Origin: the human T2T-CHM13v2.0 reference genome, Homo sapiens
Strand: one strand, 5' to 3'
Assembly: GCF_009914755.1 (NCBI RefSeq)
Contig: NC_060947.1
Length of the DNA stretch: 64,000 bases
Position numbers and translations under genes: made by a program. Position 1 is the stretch's first letter. The number at the start of each line of letters is the position of its first letter. Of this stretch, positions 17,263 to 30,145 are shown piece after piece. The notes below the pieces were generated by a model that worked only from the letters and a program-made list of their open reading frames with translations, searched no databases and was not told the origin of the DNA.

Positions 17263-17353
17263 GTATTTTATTCCCCGTATTTTATTGAGGATTTTTCGCG
17301 TCAATGTTCATCAGGGATATTGGCCTAAAATTCTTTTTTGTGTGTGTGTCTCA

Positions 17354-17446
<93 letters not shown>

Positions 17447-17804
17447 TCACACCAGCTCCTCTTTGTACCTCTGGTAGAAATCGGCTGTGAATCCATCTGG
17501 TCCTGGACATTTTTTGGTTGGTAGGCTATTATTGCCTCAATTTCAGAGCCTGTTATTGGTGTATTCAGAGATTCAACTTCTTCTTGGTGTAGACTTTGGA
17601 GGGTGTATGTGTCCAGGAATTTATTCATTTCTTCTAGATTTTCCAGTTTATTTGCATAGAGGTGTTTATAGTATTCTCCAATGGTAGTATGTATTTCTGT
17701 GGGATGGGTTGTGATATCCCCTTTGTCATTTTTTATTGCATCTATTTGATTCTTCTCTCTTTTCTTCATTAGTAGTCTTGCTAGTGGTCTACCAATTTTG
17801 TTGA

Positions 17805-17838
<34 letters not shown>

Positions 17839-20800
17839 AAAACACCCAGCTCTGGCATTCATTGATCTTTTTGAAGGTTTTTTCTTTTGTCTCTATCTCC
17901 TTCAATTCTGCTCTGATCTTAGTTATTTCTTGCCTTCTGCTAGCTTTGAGTTTGTTTGCTCTTGCTTCTCTGTTTTGTTTAATTGTGATGTTAGAGTGTC
18001 AATTTTAGATCTTTCCTGCTTTCTCTTGTAGGCACTTAGTGCTGTAAATTTCCCTATACACAATGCTTTAAATGTGTCCAAAAGATTCTGGTACATTGTG
18101 TTTTTGTTATCATTGGATTCAAAGAACATCTTTCTTTCTGACTTCACGTCGTTATTTACCCAGTAGTCACTCAGGAGCAGGTTGTTCAGTTTGCATGTAG
18201 TTGTGCAGTTTTGAATGGGTTTCTTACTTCTGAATTCTAATTTGATTGCACTGTGGTCTGAGAGCCCATTGTTGTGATTTCTGTTCTTTTACATTTTCTG
18301 AGGAGTGCTTTACTTCCAATTATGTGGTCAAGTTTAGACTATGTGCAATGTGGTGCTGAGAACAATGTATATTCTGTTGATTTGGTGTGGAGAGTTCTGT
18401 AGATGTCTATTAGGTTCGCTTGGTGCAGAGCTGAGTTCAAGTTCTTGATATCCTTGTTATCCTTCTGTCTCACTGATCTGTATAATATTGTCAGTAAGGT
18501 GTTAAAATCTCCCATTATTATTGTGTGGGAGTCTAAGTCAATTTGTATGTCTCTAAGGACTTGCTTTATGAATCTGGGTGCCCCTGTATTCGGTGCATAT
18601 ATATTTAGGACAGTTAGCTCTTCTTGTTTAATTGATTTATTTACCATTATATAATGGCCTTCTTTGTCTCTTTTGATCTTTGTTGGCTTAAAGTCTATTT
18701 TATCAGAGATGAGAATTGCAACCCCTCTTTATTTTTTTTCTTTCCATTTGCTTGGTAGATCTTCCTCCATCTTTTTATTTTGAGCCTATGTGTGTCTCTG
18801 CACATGAGATGTGTCTCCTGAATACAGCACACTGATGGGTCTTGACTCTTTATCCAATTTGACAGTCTATTTTAATTGGGCCATATAGCCCATTTACATT
18901 TAAGGTTAATATTGTTATGTGTGAATTTGATCCTGTCATTATGATGTTAGCTGGTTATTTTGCCCATTAATTGATGCAGTTTCTTCATAGCACCGATGGT
19001 CTTTTCAATTTGACATGTTTTTGCAGTGGCTGATATCGATTGTTTCTTTCCATGTTTAGTGCTTCCTTCAGGAGCTCCTGTAAGGCAGGCCTGGTGGTGA
19101 CAGAATCTCTCAGCATTTGCTTTTCTGTAAAGGATTTTATTTCTCCTTTACTCATGAAGCTGAATTTGGCAGGATATGAAATTCTAGGTTGAAAATTCTT
19201 TTCTATAAAAATGGTGAATATTGACCCCCACTCTCTTCTGGCTTGTAGAGTTTCTGCCAAGAGATCAACAGTTAGTCTGATGGGCTTCCCTTTGTGGGTA
19301 ACTCGACCTTTCTCTCTGGCTGCCCTTAAAATTTTTTCCCTCATTTCAACCTTGGTGAATCTGACAATTATGTGTCTTGTGTTTGCTCTTCTCTGGGAAT
19401 ATCTTTGTGGTGTTCTCTGTATTTTCTAAAATTGAATGTGGCCTTCCTTGCTAGGTTGGGGAAGTTCTCCTGGACAATATCCTGCAGAGTGTTTTCCAAC
19501 TTGGTTCTATTCTCCTTGTCACTTTCAGGTACAACAATCAAACGTAGATTTGGTCTTTTCACATAGTCCCATATTTCTTGAAGCATTTGTTCATTTCTTT
19601 TCCCTCTTTTTTTCTCTAATGTTGTCCTCTCACTCTATTTCATTATTTTGATCTTCAGTGACTGATATGCTTTCTTGTACTTGATTGAATTGGCTATTGA
19701 AGCTTCTGCATGTGTCACGAAGTTCTTGTGCCATGGTTTTCAGCTCCATCAGGTCATTTATGTTCTTCTCTAAGCTGTTTATTCTAGTTAGTCATTCGTC
19801 TAACATTTTTTTCCAGGTTTTTGTCTTCCTTGTGATGGGTTAGAACATGCTCCCTTAGCTCAGAGAAATTTATTACCGACCTTCTGAAGCCTACTTCTGT
19901 CAACTCATCAAAGTCATTCTCCATCCAGCTTGGTTTTATTGCTGGCAAGGACCTGTGATCCTTTGGAGGAGAAGAGAAGCACTGGTGTTTAGAATTTTCA
20001 GATTTTCTTCTCTGGTTTCTCCCCATCTTTTTGGTTTTATCTACCTACCTTTGATCTTTGATGTTGGTGACCTACAGATGGGGATTTGGCGTGGATGCCC
20101 TTTTTTTTTTGATATTGTTGCCATTCCTTTCTATTTGTTCGTTTTCCTTCTAACAGTCAGGTCCCTCAGCTGCAGGTCTGTTGGAGTTTGCTGGAGGTCC
20201 ACTCCAAACCTTGTTTGCCTGGGTATCACCAGAGGAGGCTGCAGAACAGCAAATATTGCAGAACAACAAATATTGCTGCCTGATCCTTCCTGTGGAATCT
20301 TCCTCCCAAAGGGGCAGCCACCTATATGAGGTGTCTGTTGGCTCCTACTGGGAGGTGTCTCCCAGTTAGACTACATGGGGGTCAGGGACCCACTTGAGGA
20401 GGCAGTCTGTCCATTCTCAGAGCTCAAATGCCATGCTGGGAGAACCACTGTTCTCTTCAGAGCTGTCAGACTGGGGCGGTTAAGTCTGCATAATTTTCTG
20501 CTGCCTTTTGTTCAGCTATGCCCTGCCCACAGAAGTGGAGTCTATGGAGGCAGTAGGCCTTGCTGAGCTGTGGTGGGCTCCACCCAGTTCAAGCTTTCCA
20601 GCCACTTTGTTTACCTACTCAAGCCTCAGCAATGGCAGATGCTTCTCCCCTCACCAGGCTGCAGCCTCACAGGTCAATCTCAGACTGCAGCACTAGCAGT
20701 GAGTAAGGCTCCATGGGTGTGGGACCTAGCGAGCCATGCACCTGAGAGAATCTCTGGTCTACTGGTTTCTAATACCATGGGGAAAGTGCAGTATTTGGGC

Positions 20801-23646
20801 AGGAGTGTCCTGTTTTTCCAGGTACAGTCTGTCACAGATTTCCTTGGCTAGGAAAGGGAAATCCCCCAACCCCTTGTGCTTCCCAGTTGAGGTGATGCCC
20901 TGCCCTGCTTTGGCTCACCTGCTGTGGGCTGCACCCACTGTCCAACCAGTCCCAATGAGATAAATCAGGTACCTTAGCTGGAAATGCAGAAATCACTCGT
21001 CTTCTGCTTCAATCATGCTGCAGACCTGAGCTGTTCCTATTTGGCCATCTTGGAACAGAACCCCAATAAGTCTTCGTTATTCTCTCCTTTTTTCTATTCT
21101 TCCTAACTTCTGGTAACCACCAATCTTATCTCCATCTTTATGAGATCCACTTTTTTAGCTCCTACATGTGAGTGAGAATGTGTGATATTTGTCTTTCTGA
21201 GCTTGACTTATTTCACTTACTGTAATGACCTCCAGCTTCATGCAAGTTACAGCAAAGGACAGGAGTTAATTCTTTTTTATTGATGAATAGTATTCTGTCA
21301 TGTAAATATACCACATTTTCTTTATTCACGCATTCATTGATGGGAACTCAGGTTGATTCCATATTTTACCTACTGTGAGTAATGCTCCAATAAGCATGGG
21401 AATGCAGATACCTCTTTCATATATTAATTTATTTTTTTTAAATATACCTCCAGTAGTGTAAATGACTGATCATATGGTAGTTCTTTTTCTGGTTTTCTGA
21501 GGTGCCTCCATACTCTTCTCCATATTGGCTGTACTAATTTACATTCTAACCAACAGTGTATGAAGGTTCCCCTTTTACCCCAACCTTGCCAGCATTTTTA
21601 TTGTCTGTTGTTTAATAACAGCCATTTTAATTGGCATGAAATAATATTTTATTGTAATTTTGATTTGCATTTTTTGATCATTAGTTATGTTGAGCACTAT
21701 TTGATATATGTATTGGCAATTTGTATGTATTATTTTGAAAAATGTCTATTCAGATCTTTTGCCCATTTAAAAATTGTATTATTTATATTTTTGCTATTAA
21801 CTTGTTTGAGCTCCTTATATATTCCAGTTATTAATTCTTTGACAGATAGAAGGTTTGCAAATATTATTCTCTCGTCCTGTGGATTGTCTCTTTATTTTTT
21901 TGGTTGTCTCCTTTGCTGTGCATAACCCCTGTAGCATGATGTAATATCATTTTTTAATTTTGCTTTGGTTGCCTATGCTTTTGAGGTCTTACACAAAAAT
22001 ATTTGTCAAGACAAATGTCTTAGAGTCTTTTCCCAATGTTGTTTTTCTGGTAGTTTTCTTGTTTTAGGTCTTAGATTTAAGTTTTTAATTTGTTTTTACT
22101 TGATTTTGTTTGGGGAGATATATAGGAATCTAGCTTCATTCTTCTGCATATAGTTATTCAATTTTCTCAGCAACATTTATTGAAGAGACTGTTCTTTTCT
22201 CATTGTATAAGTGCCTTTGTCAAAGATGAGTTGTTTGTAAATGTGTGGATATATATCTGGGTTGTCTCTTCTTTTCCATTGATACATATGTGTGTTTTTA
22301 TACCAGTACTATACTAATTTTGTTACTAGAAATTCGTAGTAAATTTTGAAGTCAAGTAGTTTGATGCTTCCAGCTTTTTTTCCTTTTATTTTGCTAATTA
22401 ACATACACTAATTGTTCACCTTTATGTAGTATATGGTGACTTTTCAATATAATAGTGATTTAGATAATTGGCATATCCATCATCTCAAACTTTTATCATT
22501 GTGTTATGTTGCAAACATTTAGTATCCTCTGTCTAGTTATTTCAAACTATATACTACATTATGGTTATGATTAACTATTGTCATCCTTCAGTGTTATAAA
22601 ACACTAGGACTTATTTATCATGTAATTTTATTCAGAATTGCTTTGACTATTTGTGTTCATTTGTAGTTCCATATACATTTTGGGATTTTAAAAATATTTC
22701 TGTGAAGAATGCTGTTGGAATTTTGATAGGGATGGCATTGAATCTGCAAATTGCTTTGGGTAGTATTGTCATTTTAACAATATTAATTCTTTTGATCCAT
22801 GAGTATTGAATATCTTTACATTTCTTTGTGTTCTACTTATTTCTTTAATATTTTATAGTTTTCTTTGGATTGATCTTTCACTTCTTTGATTAAATTGATA
22901 CCCAGATATTTTGTATTCTTTGTAACTATGGTAAATAAGGTTGATTTCTTTTACAGATTAATCACTTTTGGCATATAAAAATGCTACTGATTTTTGCATT
23001 TTGATACTGTATCCTGCACTAAGTATAACATTATGATGTCTGTGAAAAAAAAATTGTTTACCTACTTTTGTCCTATTTGGATGCTCTTTTTTGTTCTCTT
23101 GCCTAATTGCTCTGGCCACAACTTGCAGTATTATGTTGAATAAAGGTGGTGAACGTAAATGTTTTGATCTTCTTCTATATCTTAGGAAAAGGTCTTCAAT
23201 TATTCTATATTTAATATAGTGTTAGCTGTGGGTTTGTCATGTATGGCCTTTATTAAGTTGAAGTGTGTTTATTGGATACCCACTTTATGGATGACTTTTA
23301 TAATAAAGGAATGTTGAATTTTATCAAATGCTTTTTTTCCATCTATTAAAACAATCATATGGTCTTTGTTCTTGATTTTGTTGATGTGACATAATATGTT
23401 TATTACTTTGCATATGTTGAATGATTCCTGAACCCCTAGGATAAATCACTTGATCAGGTGGATGATCTTTATACAATGTGTTTTGGATTTGGTTTGCTTG
23501 CATGTTATTAAGGATTTTTGCATCTAAGTTTATAAGATGCAAATTTAATTTGCATCTAAAATTGACATGAAGTTTTCTTTATTGATTCTGTTCTTGTCTG
23601 ATTTTCGTATCAGGGTAATATTGTTTTCTCTTCATGGTTTTGGAAA

Positions 23647-23849
<203 letters not shown>

Positions 23850-26800
23850 TAATTCATCAGATCCTTGGCTTTTTTTTTTTTTGAGACTTCTTATTACAGC
23901 TTTGATCTCATTATTCTTTATTGGTTATGTTTTCCATTTCTTCTTGGTTTAATCTTCATAGGTTTTAGGTGTCAAAGAATTTGTCTATTTCTTCAATGTT
24001 TTCCTGTTTGTTGGCCTATATTCATAACAGTCTGTAATGAGTCTTTGCATTTTTATGGTATCTGTTCTAATATCTCCTTTTTATTGCTGATTTTGTTTAT
24101 TTGGGTCTTTTTTTCTTGGTTAGACTAGCCAGCAGTAAGTTAATTTTATTTATCTTAAAAAAAAACTAACTTTACATTTTGCTGATTTTTGGTAGTTTTA
24201 GTCTCAATTTTATTATTTCAGCACAAATTTTAATTTTTTCTTTTCTTCTACTAAATATGTATTTTTCTGTTTTTGTTTTTCTAGTTCTTTGAGGTGCATT
24301 GTTAGATTGTATATTTGTAGTCTTTCTACTTTTTTGATATAGGCATTTATTGCTTTAAACTTTCCTCTTCGTACTGCTTTTTGTGTCCCATAGATTTTGG
24401 TATGTTGTAATTTTATTTTTATTTTTTCAAGTAATTTTTAAATTTCCGTTTTAATTTCTTTATTGACCCATTGGTTGTTCTAGAGCATGTTGTTCAATTT
24501 GCATGTGTTCATGTAGTATATGAGGTTCTTATTGTTATTGATTTCTAGTTATATCCCATTGTACTCAGAAGAGACACTTGATATGAGTTCCACTTTCTTG
24601 AATTTGTTGATACTTTGTTTGTGGCCCAAGATGTGGTCTATACTGGAGAATGTTTCATGTGCTGATAAAAAGAATGTGTATTTTGCAGCAATGATGTGAA
24701 ATATTCTCTAAATGTCAGTTTGGCTTATTAACTGATGTCTACATATGTCTATAGGTGAAGTGTTGTTCCTGTAGGCAGCATATAATTGGTTCTTGTTTCT
24801 TTATCCATTTAGCCACTGTATTTTTAATAGGAAAATTGAGTCCATTTTTTTCAGTGTTATTACTGATAAGTAAGGACTTTTACTACTACAATTTTTTGGC
24901 TTATTTTCTGGTTGATTTGTAACTCATCTTTCTGTCTTTTTTCTTGCTGTTTTCTTTTGTGGTTAAGCGATTGTATCTGGTACTATGATTTAATTCATTG
25001 CTTTGTGAAGTAAACCTGTTATAGGTATTTCGTTTTGGTTTCCAGGTAGCTTACCAAACATTTATGGCTGTAGCATGTTATTCTAAAGAGATAGTAACTT
25101 ATATCAGAAAGAAAATTATAGAAACAGACATGAAAAGTATTTACTTTAATTCCATTCTTTCCTCCATTTTATTTTTTTAGTTGTCTCAATTTATATATTT
25201 TTATATTGCCTATATCTTAACAGTTTACTGTGGCTATTATTGTTTTTGATAGATTTTTCTTTTGGCTTTATACTAGAGTTATGAGCAGATTGCACACCAA
25301 AATTATAGTAATTGAGTATTTTGGGTTTGTCCAGGTACTTAATTTTACCAGTGAGTTTTATATTTTCAGTGTTTTCTTTTTGCACATTAGTGGTTTCTTT
25401 GTATTTTAGATTGAAGAAATTTCTTTAGCATTTTTTTTCTAAGATGGGTCTCGTGATGGTGAATTGTCTCAGCTTTTGTTTCACTGAGAAATACTTTATC
25501 TCTCCTATATATTTGAAGGACAGCATTCCTGGATGCAGTAGTTTTGATGGCAGGGTTTTCTATTATCACTTTGAAAATTTCATTTCGCTCCCTCCGGGTC
25601 TGTATGGTTTCCATTGAGAAGTCTGTTGCCTGATGAATTGGAGCTCTTTTTTTAATTTTCTCTGGCTGCTTTTAGGAGCCTCTCTTTGACCTTGACTTTG
25701 GGTATTTGATATATGCATTGGGGTAGTGTTATTTGAGTGAAACCTGTTTAGTGTTCTCTGACCTTCATGTACCTGGATATTTATCTTTTTCTCTCATTTT
25801 AAAAGGTTTTCTGTTAATTTTTTTGAATCGGCTTTTTACCTTTTTCTCTTGCTCAACTCTCTTTGAACACCATTAATTCTTAGATTTTGTCTTTGAGGTA
25901 ATTTTCTATGTCTTGCAGGTAAGTCTTCATTCTTTTTTATTATTTTTTCCTTTTTCTCCTCTGAATGTGTATTTTCAAGTAGCCTGTTTTAAAGCTCAAT
26001 GATTCTTTCCTCTGCTTAATACATACTTCTGTTGACAGCCTGTAATGAATTTTCAGTTTAATGAATGTATTTTTTAGTTTCATTATTTTTGTTTGATTTT
26101 CTTAAATTATTTTAATTTATTTGTAAAATTTATCTCACAAATTTATAAATTGCTTCTCTGTTATCTTTGAGATAATTGAGTTTACTTAAAATTGCTCTTT
26201 TGAATTCTTGACCAGAGATCTCACATATTACTGCATTGTTAGGGTCAGTCAGTTGTTGCTTTCTTTGTTGATTTGAGGTCATGGCTCCCCGTTTGCTGTT
26301 GTTTCTTGTGGATATATTTCTATGTCTTTGCATTGAGGAATTATTGGTTCCAGTCTTCCCTGTCTAGCTTTTTTTTTATTAGATATTTTGCTTAGGGTTT
26401 TTTTACTGCTAGGTTGCTGCCTCCTTTGAAGCTCTAGGTGGCACCTTAAACCAAAGTTGATCTTGGCCCTAGTAAACAATTAGAGTGCTGCCCATCCCAC
26501 AGTGGGAGAGTTCTTAAAGAGAATGTCCTGACAGTGTGGGAAGACTGGCTAGAGGTTCATGCCCAGGGACCTGTGGCACATACCTCTTGCAATGTGGTGC
26601 TGCTAAATAGCCACTCTGATTTGGCATAATTTTTGGTTAGCATTCAGAGAGGAACTTCCAAGGCTGGGGATAGTTGTTCTGCCTACTCCTCTTTTCTTTG
26701 CCTGTACTAAGGGATGTTTCTTTTTTCAGGCTGTTGGAATGCTTTCCATGGATTAAGGCAGGAACAGGTCTTCTGCCAGGGAACCCAAGATGGCAGGGGA

Positions 26801-27008
26801 AACTGGTTTTCTACCTCAACCTCACTTTTTTAGTGTAGGAATTTGAATTGGGGGAAATTTTTTGCATGGTTGATGACATGCAGAATGGTAGAGAGGCATT
26901 TCAGATGTGAAAGTTCAATTTTCTTACTGTCTGCTCAGAGTTTTCTTTACACCTTTGTGTCCCTGGGAACTATCTCATTCTAATATTTGTGTTCTGGGAT
27001 ATTCTTGG

Positions 27009-29484
27009 TAATATGATTTGGATTTGTGTCTCAACCCATATTTCATGTTGAATTGTAATTCTCAACGTTGGAGTTGGGTTCTGGTGTGAGGTGATTAAAT
27101 CATGGGGGTAATTTTTTATGAATGGTTTAACACCATCCCCTTGGGTTCTGTTCTCATAATAGTAAGTGAATTCTCATGTGATCTGGTTGTTTAAAAGTGT
27201 TTAGCACCTCCCTACCCCCTCTCTCTTTCTTCTGCTCTGACCATGTGAAATACCTCGTTCCTTCTTTTCCTTCAGCCATAGTTGAAAGCTCCCTGAGGCC
27301 TCCCCAGAAGCAGATGCTGTCATAGATTCTGTAATGCCTTCATAACCATGAGCCAATTAAACTTCTTTTCTTTACAAACTACCCAGTCTACAGTACTTTT
27401 TATAGCACTATGAGAATGAATTCATACAGAAAATTGGTAGAGAGGAGTGGGGCATATAAAGATACCTGAAAATGTGGAAGCAGCTTTAGAACTGGTTAAT
27501 GAGCAGAGGTTGAAAAATTGTGGAGATAATAAAAAAATGTGCCCAGAAGATAATAGGAAGATGAGGGAAAGTTTGAAACTTCCTAGAGACTGCTGGAATG
27601 CTTATGACCAAAATACTGGTAGTTAATGCTGGCTTTATTGATATGGACAATGAAGGCCAGGCTGAGGAGGTCTCAGATGGAAATGAAGTACTTATTGGGA
27701 ACTGAAGCAAAGGTCATTTTGTTACGCATTAGCAAAGAGGTTGGCTGCATTGTGCCCCTTCTCTAGGGATCTGTGAAACTATGAACTTGAGGGTGATAAT
27801 TTGGGGTTTCTGGCAGAAAAAATTTCTAAGCAGCAAAGCATGTTCAAGATCTGACCTGACTGCTTCTGTCAATTTATGGTCATTTGCATGAGCAAAGAAA
27901 TGACCTAAACCTGGAACTTATATTTAAAAGGGAAACTGTGCATTAGGGTTTGGAAAATTAGCAGCCTGGCCATGTGGTAGAATAGAAAAGCCCGTTTTTA
28001 GGGGAGGAATTTAGACATCCTGCAGAAATTTGCATAAGTAAAAAGGAGCCAAGTATGAGTAGCCAAGACAATGAGAAGAACGTCTAGAAGGCATTTTAGA
28101 GACCTTTGTGGCAGCCCCTTCCTTCACAGGCCCAGAGTCTTAGGAGCACAGAATGGTTTCATGGACCAATATCAGGGCCCCACTGCCCTGTGGAACCTCA
28201 GGACACTGCTCCCTGTATCCCTATCCCTCCATCTCCAGCTGTGGCTAAAATAAGTTCAAGTACAACTCAGGCCACAGCTTCAGAGTGTAAGCTATAAGCT
28301 TTGGCAGCTTCCATGTGGTGTTAAGTCTGTGGGTGCACAGAGTGAAAGAGTTGAAGCTTGGAAGCCTCTGCCTAGATTTTAGATGAAGTATGGAAAAGCT
28401 AAAATATCCAGGCAGAAGCCTGCTGTAGAGGTGGAGATATCATGAAAAATCTCTACTAGGGCAGTGTGGTGGGGAAATGTGGGGTTGGTGCCCTTACACA
28501 GAGTCCCCACTGAGGCACTGTGTTATTGAATTGTGAGAAGAGGGCCACTATCCAGAACCCAGAATGGTACATCAGCTGGCAGCTTGCACCCTGCATCTGG
28601 AAAAGCTACAGGCACTCAACATCAGCCCTTGAGAGCAGCTGTGGTGGATGAACCCTGCAAAGCCACAGGGGTGGAGGTGCCCAAGGCCTTGGGAGCCCAC
28701 CCCTTGCACAAGTGTGCCCTGGATGTGAGTCATGGAATCAAAGGAGATTATTTTGGAGTTATAAGATTTAATGACTGCTCTGCTGGGTTTCAGACTTGTA
28801 TGGGGCACATAGGCCCTTTCTTCTGTTAGATTTCTCTCTTTAAGAATGGCAATATTTACCCAATGCTTGTATCCCCATTGTATCTTGGAAATAACTAACT
28901 TCTTTTTTGGTTTTAGAGGCTCATAGACAGAAGCGAGTAGCCTTGTCTCAGATAAGACTTTGGACTCTGTACTTTTGAGTTAATACTGGAATGAGTTAAG
29001 ACTTCGGGAGACTGTTGGGAAGGCATGATTATATTTTTCCATGTGAGAAGGACATGAAATTTGGGAGGGGCCGAGAAGGATGATATGGTTTGGATCTGTG
29101 GTCCACTGAGATCTCATGTTAAATTGTAATCCCCAGTGTTGGAGGTGGGTCCTGGTAGGAGGTGGTTGACTCAGGGGTGGCTTCTCATGAATGATTTAAC
29201 ACAATCCCCACGGGTGCTGTTCTCGTGATAGTTAGATCTTGTGAGATCTGTTTGTTTAAAAGTGTGTAGCACCTCCCCCTGTCTCTCCTGATCCAGTCAT
29301 GTGAAGTGCCTCACTCTCCCTTTATCTTCCACTATTATTGAAAGCTTGCTGAAGACTCCCCGGAAGCAGATGCTGCCATACTTTCTGTACAGCCTGCCAA
29401 ACCAGAAGCCCATTAAACCTCTTTTCTTTGAAAATTACCCTGTCTCAGGATTTCTTTATAGCAGTGTGAGAATGATCTAATACA
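27009..29484 (+). mobile_element. MSTA/MSTB MaLR provirus (LTR 27009-27428, internal, LTR 29081-29484)
   Basis: Two LTRs, T(G/A)ATATG(G/A)TTTGG...TACA, flank a ~1.65 kb MaLR internal region. TSD CTTGG/TTTGG at 27004-27008 and 29485-29489. Confidence 0.9.
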
Positions 29485-29629
29485 TTTGGTGATAATTTTG
29501 ATGCTGTATATTTGTTTTTTGTTTTCTTTGGGGAGGTGGGGAGGTGTAATGCCAGATTGCTTCTAGCTCACCATTTTGAAACAGAAGTCCCAATACTGTC
29601 TTTCTTTTATTATTATTTCCTTATTGTAT

Positions 29630-29895
29630 AATTTCATGTATATGAACTTCCCAGAATAGGCAAATTGATTGGAGCAGAATGTAGATTAGTAATTTCTTAG
29701 GCCAGAAGTTGGATGGTTAAGCGACTGACTGCTCATAGATGTAGATTTTTGGGGGGAAGGAGTGGAATGCTCTGAAATTAGATTGTGGTGATGATCTTAC
29801 AACCTTATGAATATACTAAAGATCATTGGCCTGCACATTTCAAATGGGTCAATTTTAATATGAATTATATTTCAATAAATTTGTTTCTAAAAAAA
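29630..29895 (+). mobile_element. Ancient L1 3' end (L1MB/L1MC-like)
   Basis: Typical old-L1 3'UTR (AGAATAGGCAAAT...GTGGTGATG..AATATACTAAA...TCAATAAA) followed by an A-run. Confidence 0.7.
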
Positions 29896-29968
29896 TTTTG
29901 TCAGATAATTTTTACATTTGATTTATATTGCTGTTAGCAACAGTTGATTATCTTTTCTCATGAATGTT

Positions 29969-30145
29969 GTGTAGTAGTTTTCCATGGTTGCCATAACAAA
30001 GGACCACACAATGGGTGGTTTAAACAACAGAAATTTATTGCCTCATAGTTCTGATGGTTAGAAGTCCAATATGTTGGCAGGACTAGTTTCTTCTGAAGGC
30101 TGTGAGAGAGAATCTTTCATAACTGTCACCTAGCTTCTAGTGGTA
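29969..30145 (-). mobile_element. MLT1-family LTR fragment
   Basis: GCCATAACAAAGGACCACACAATGGGTGGTTTAAACAACAGAAATTTATT motif typical of MLT1 ends. Confidence 0.7.

Noticed and set aside
20632-20706. L1 antisense ORF0 homolog (MADASPLTRLQPHRSISDCSTSSE*)
   Set aside because: Stops after 24 codons. The equivalent in the other L1 (ATG 39168) stops after 10. No intact ORF0.
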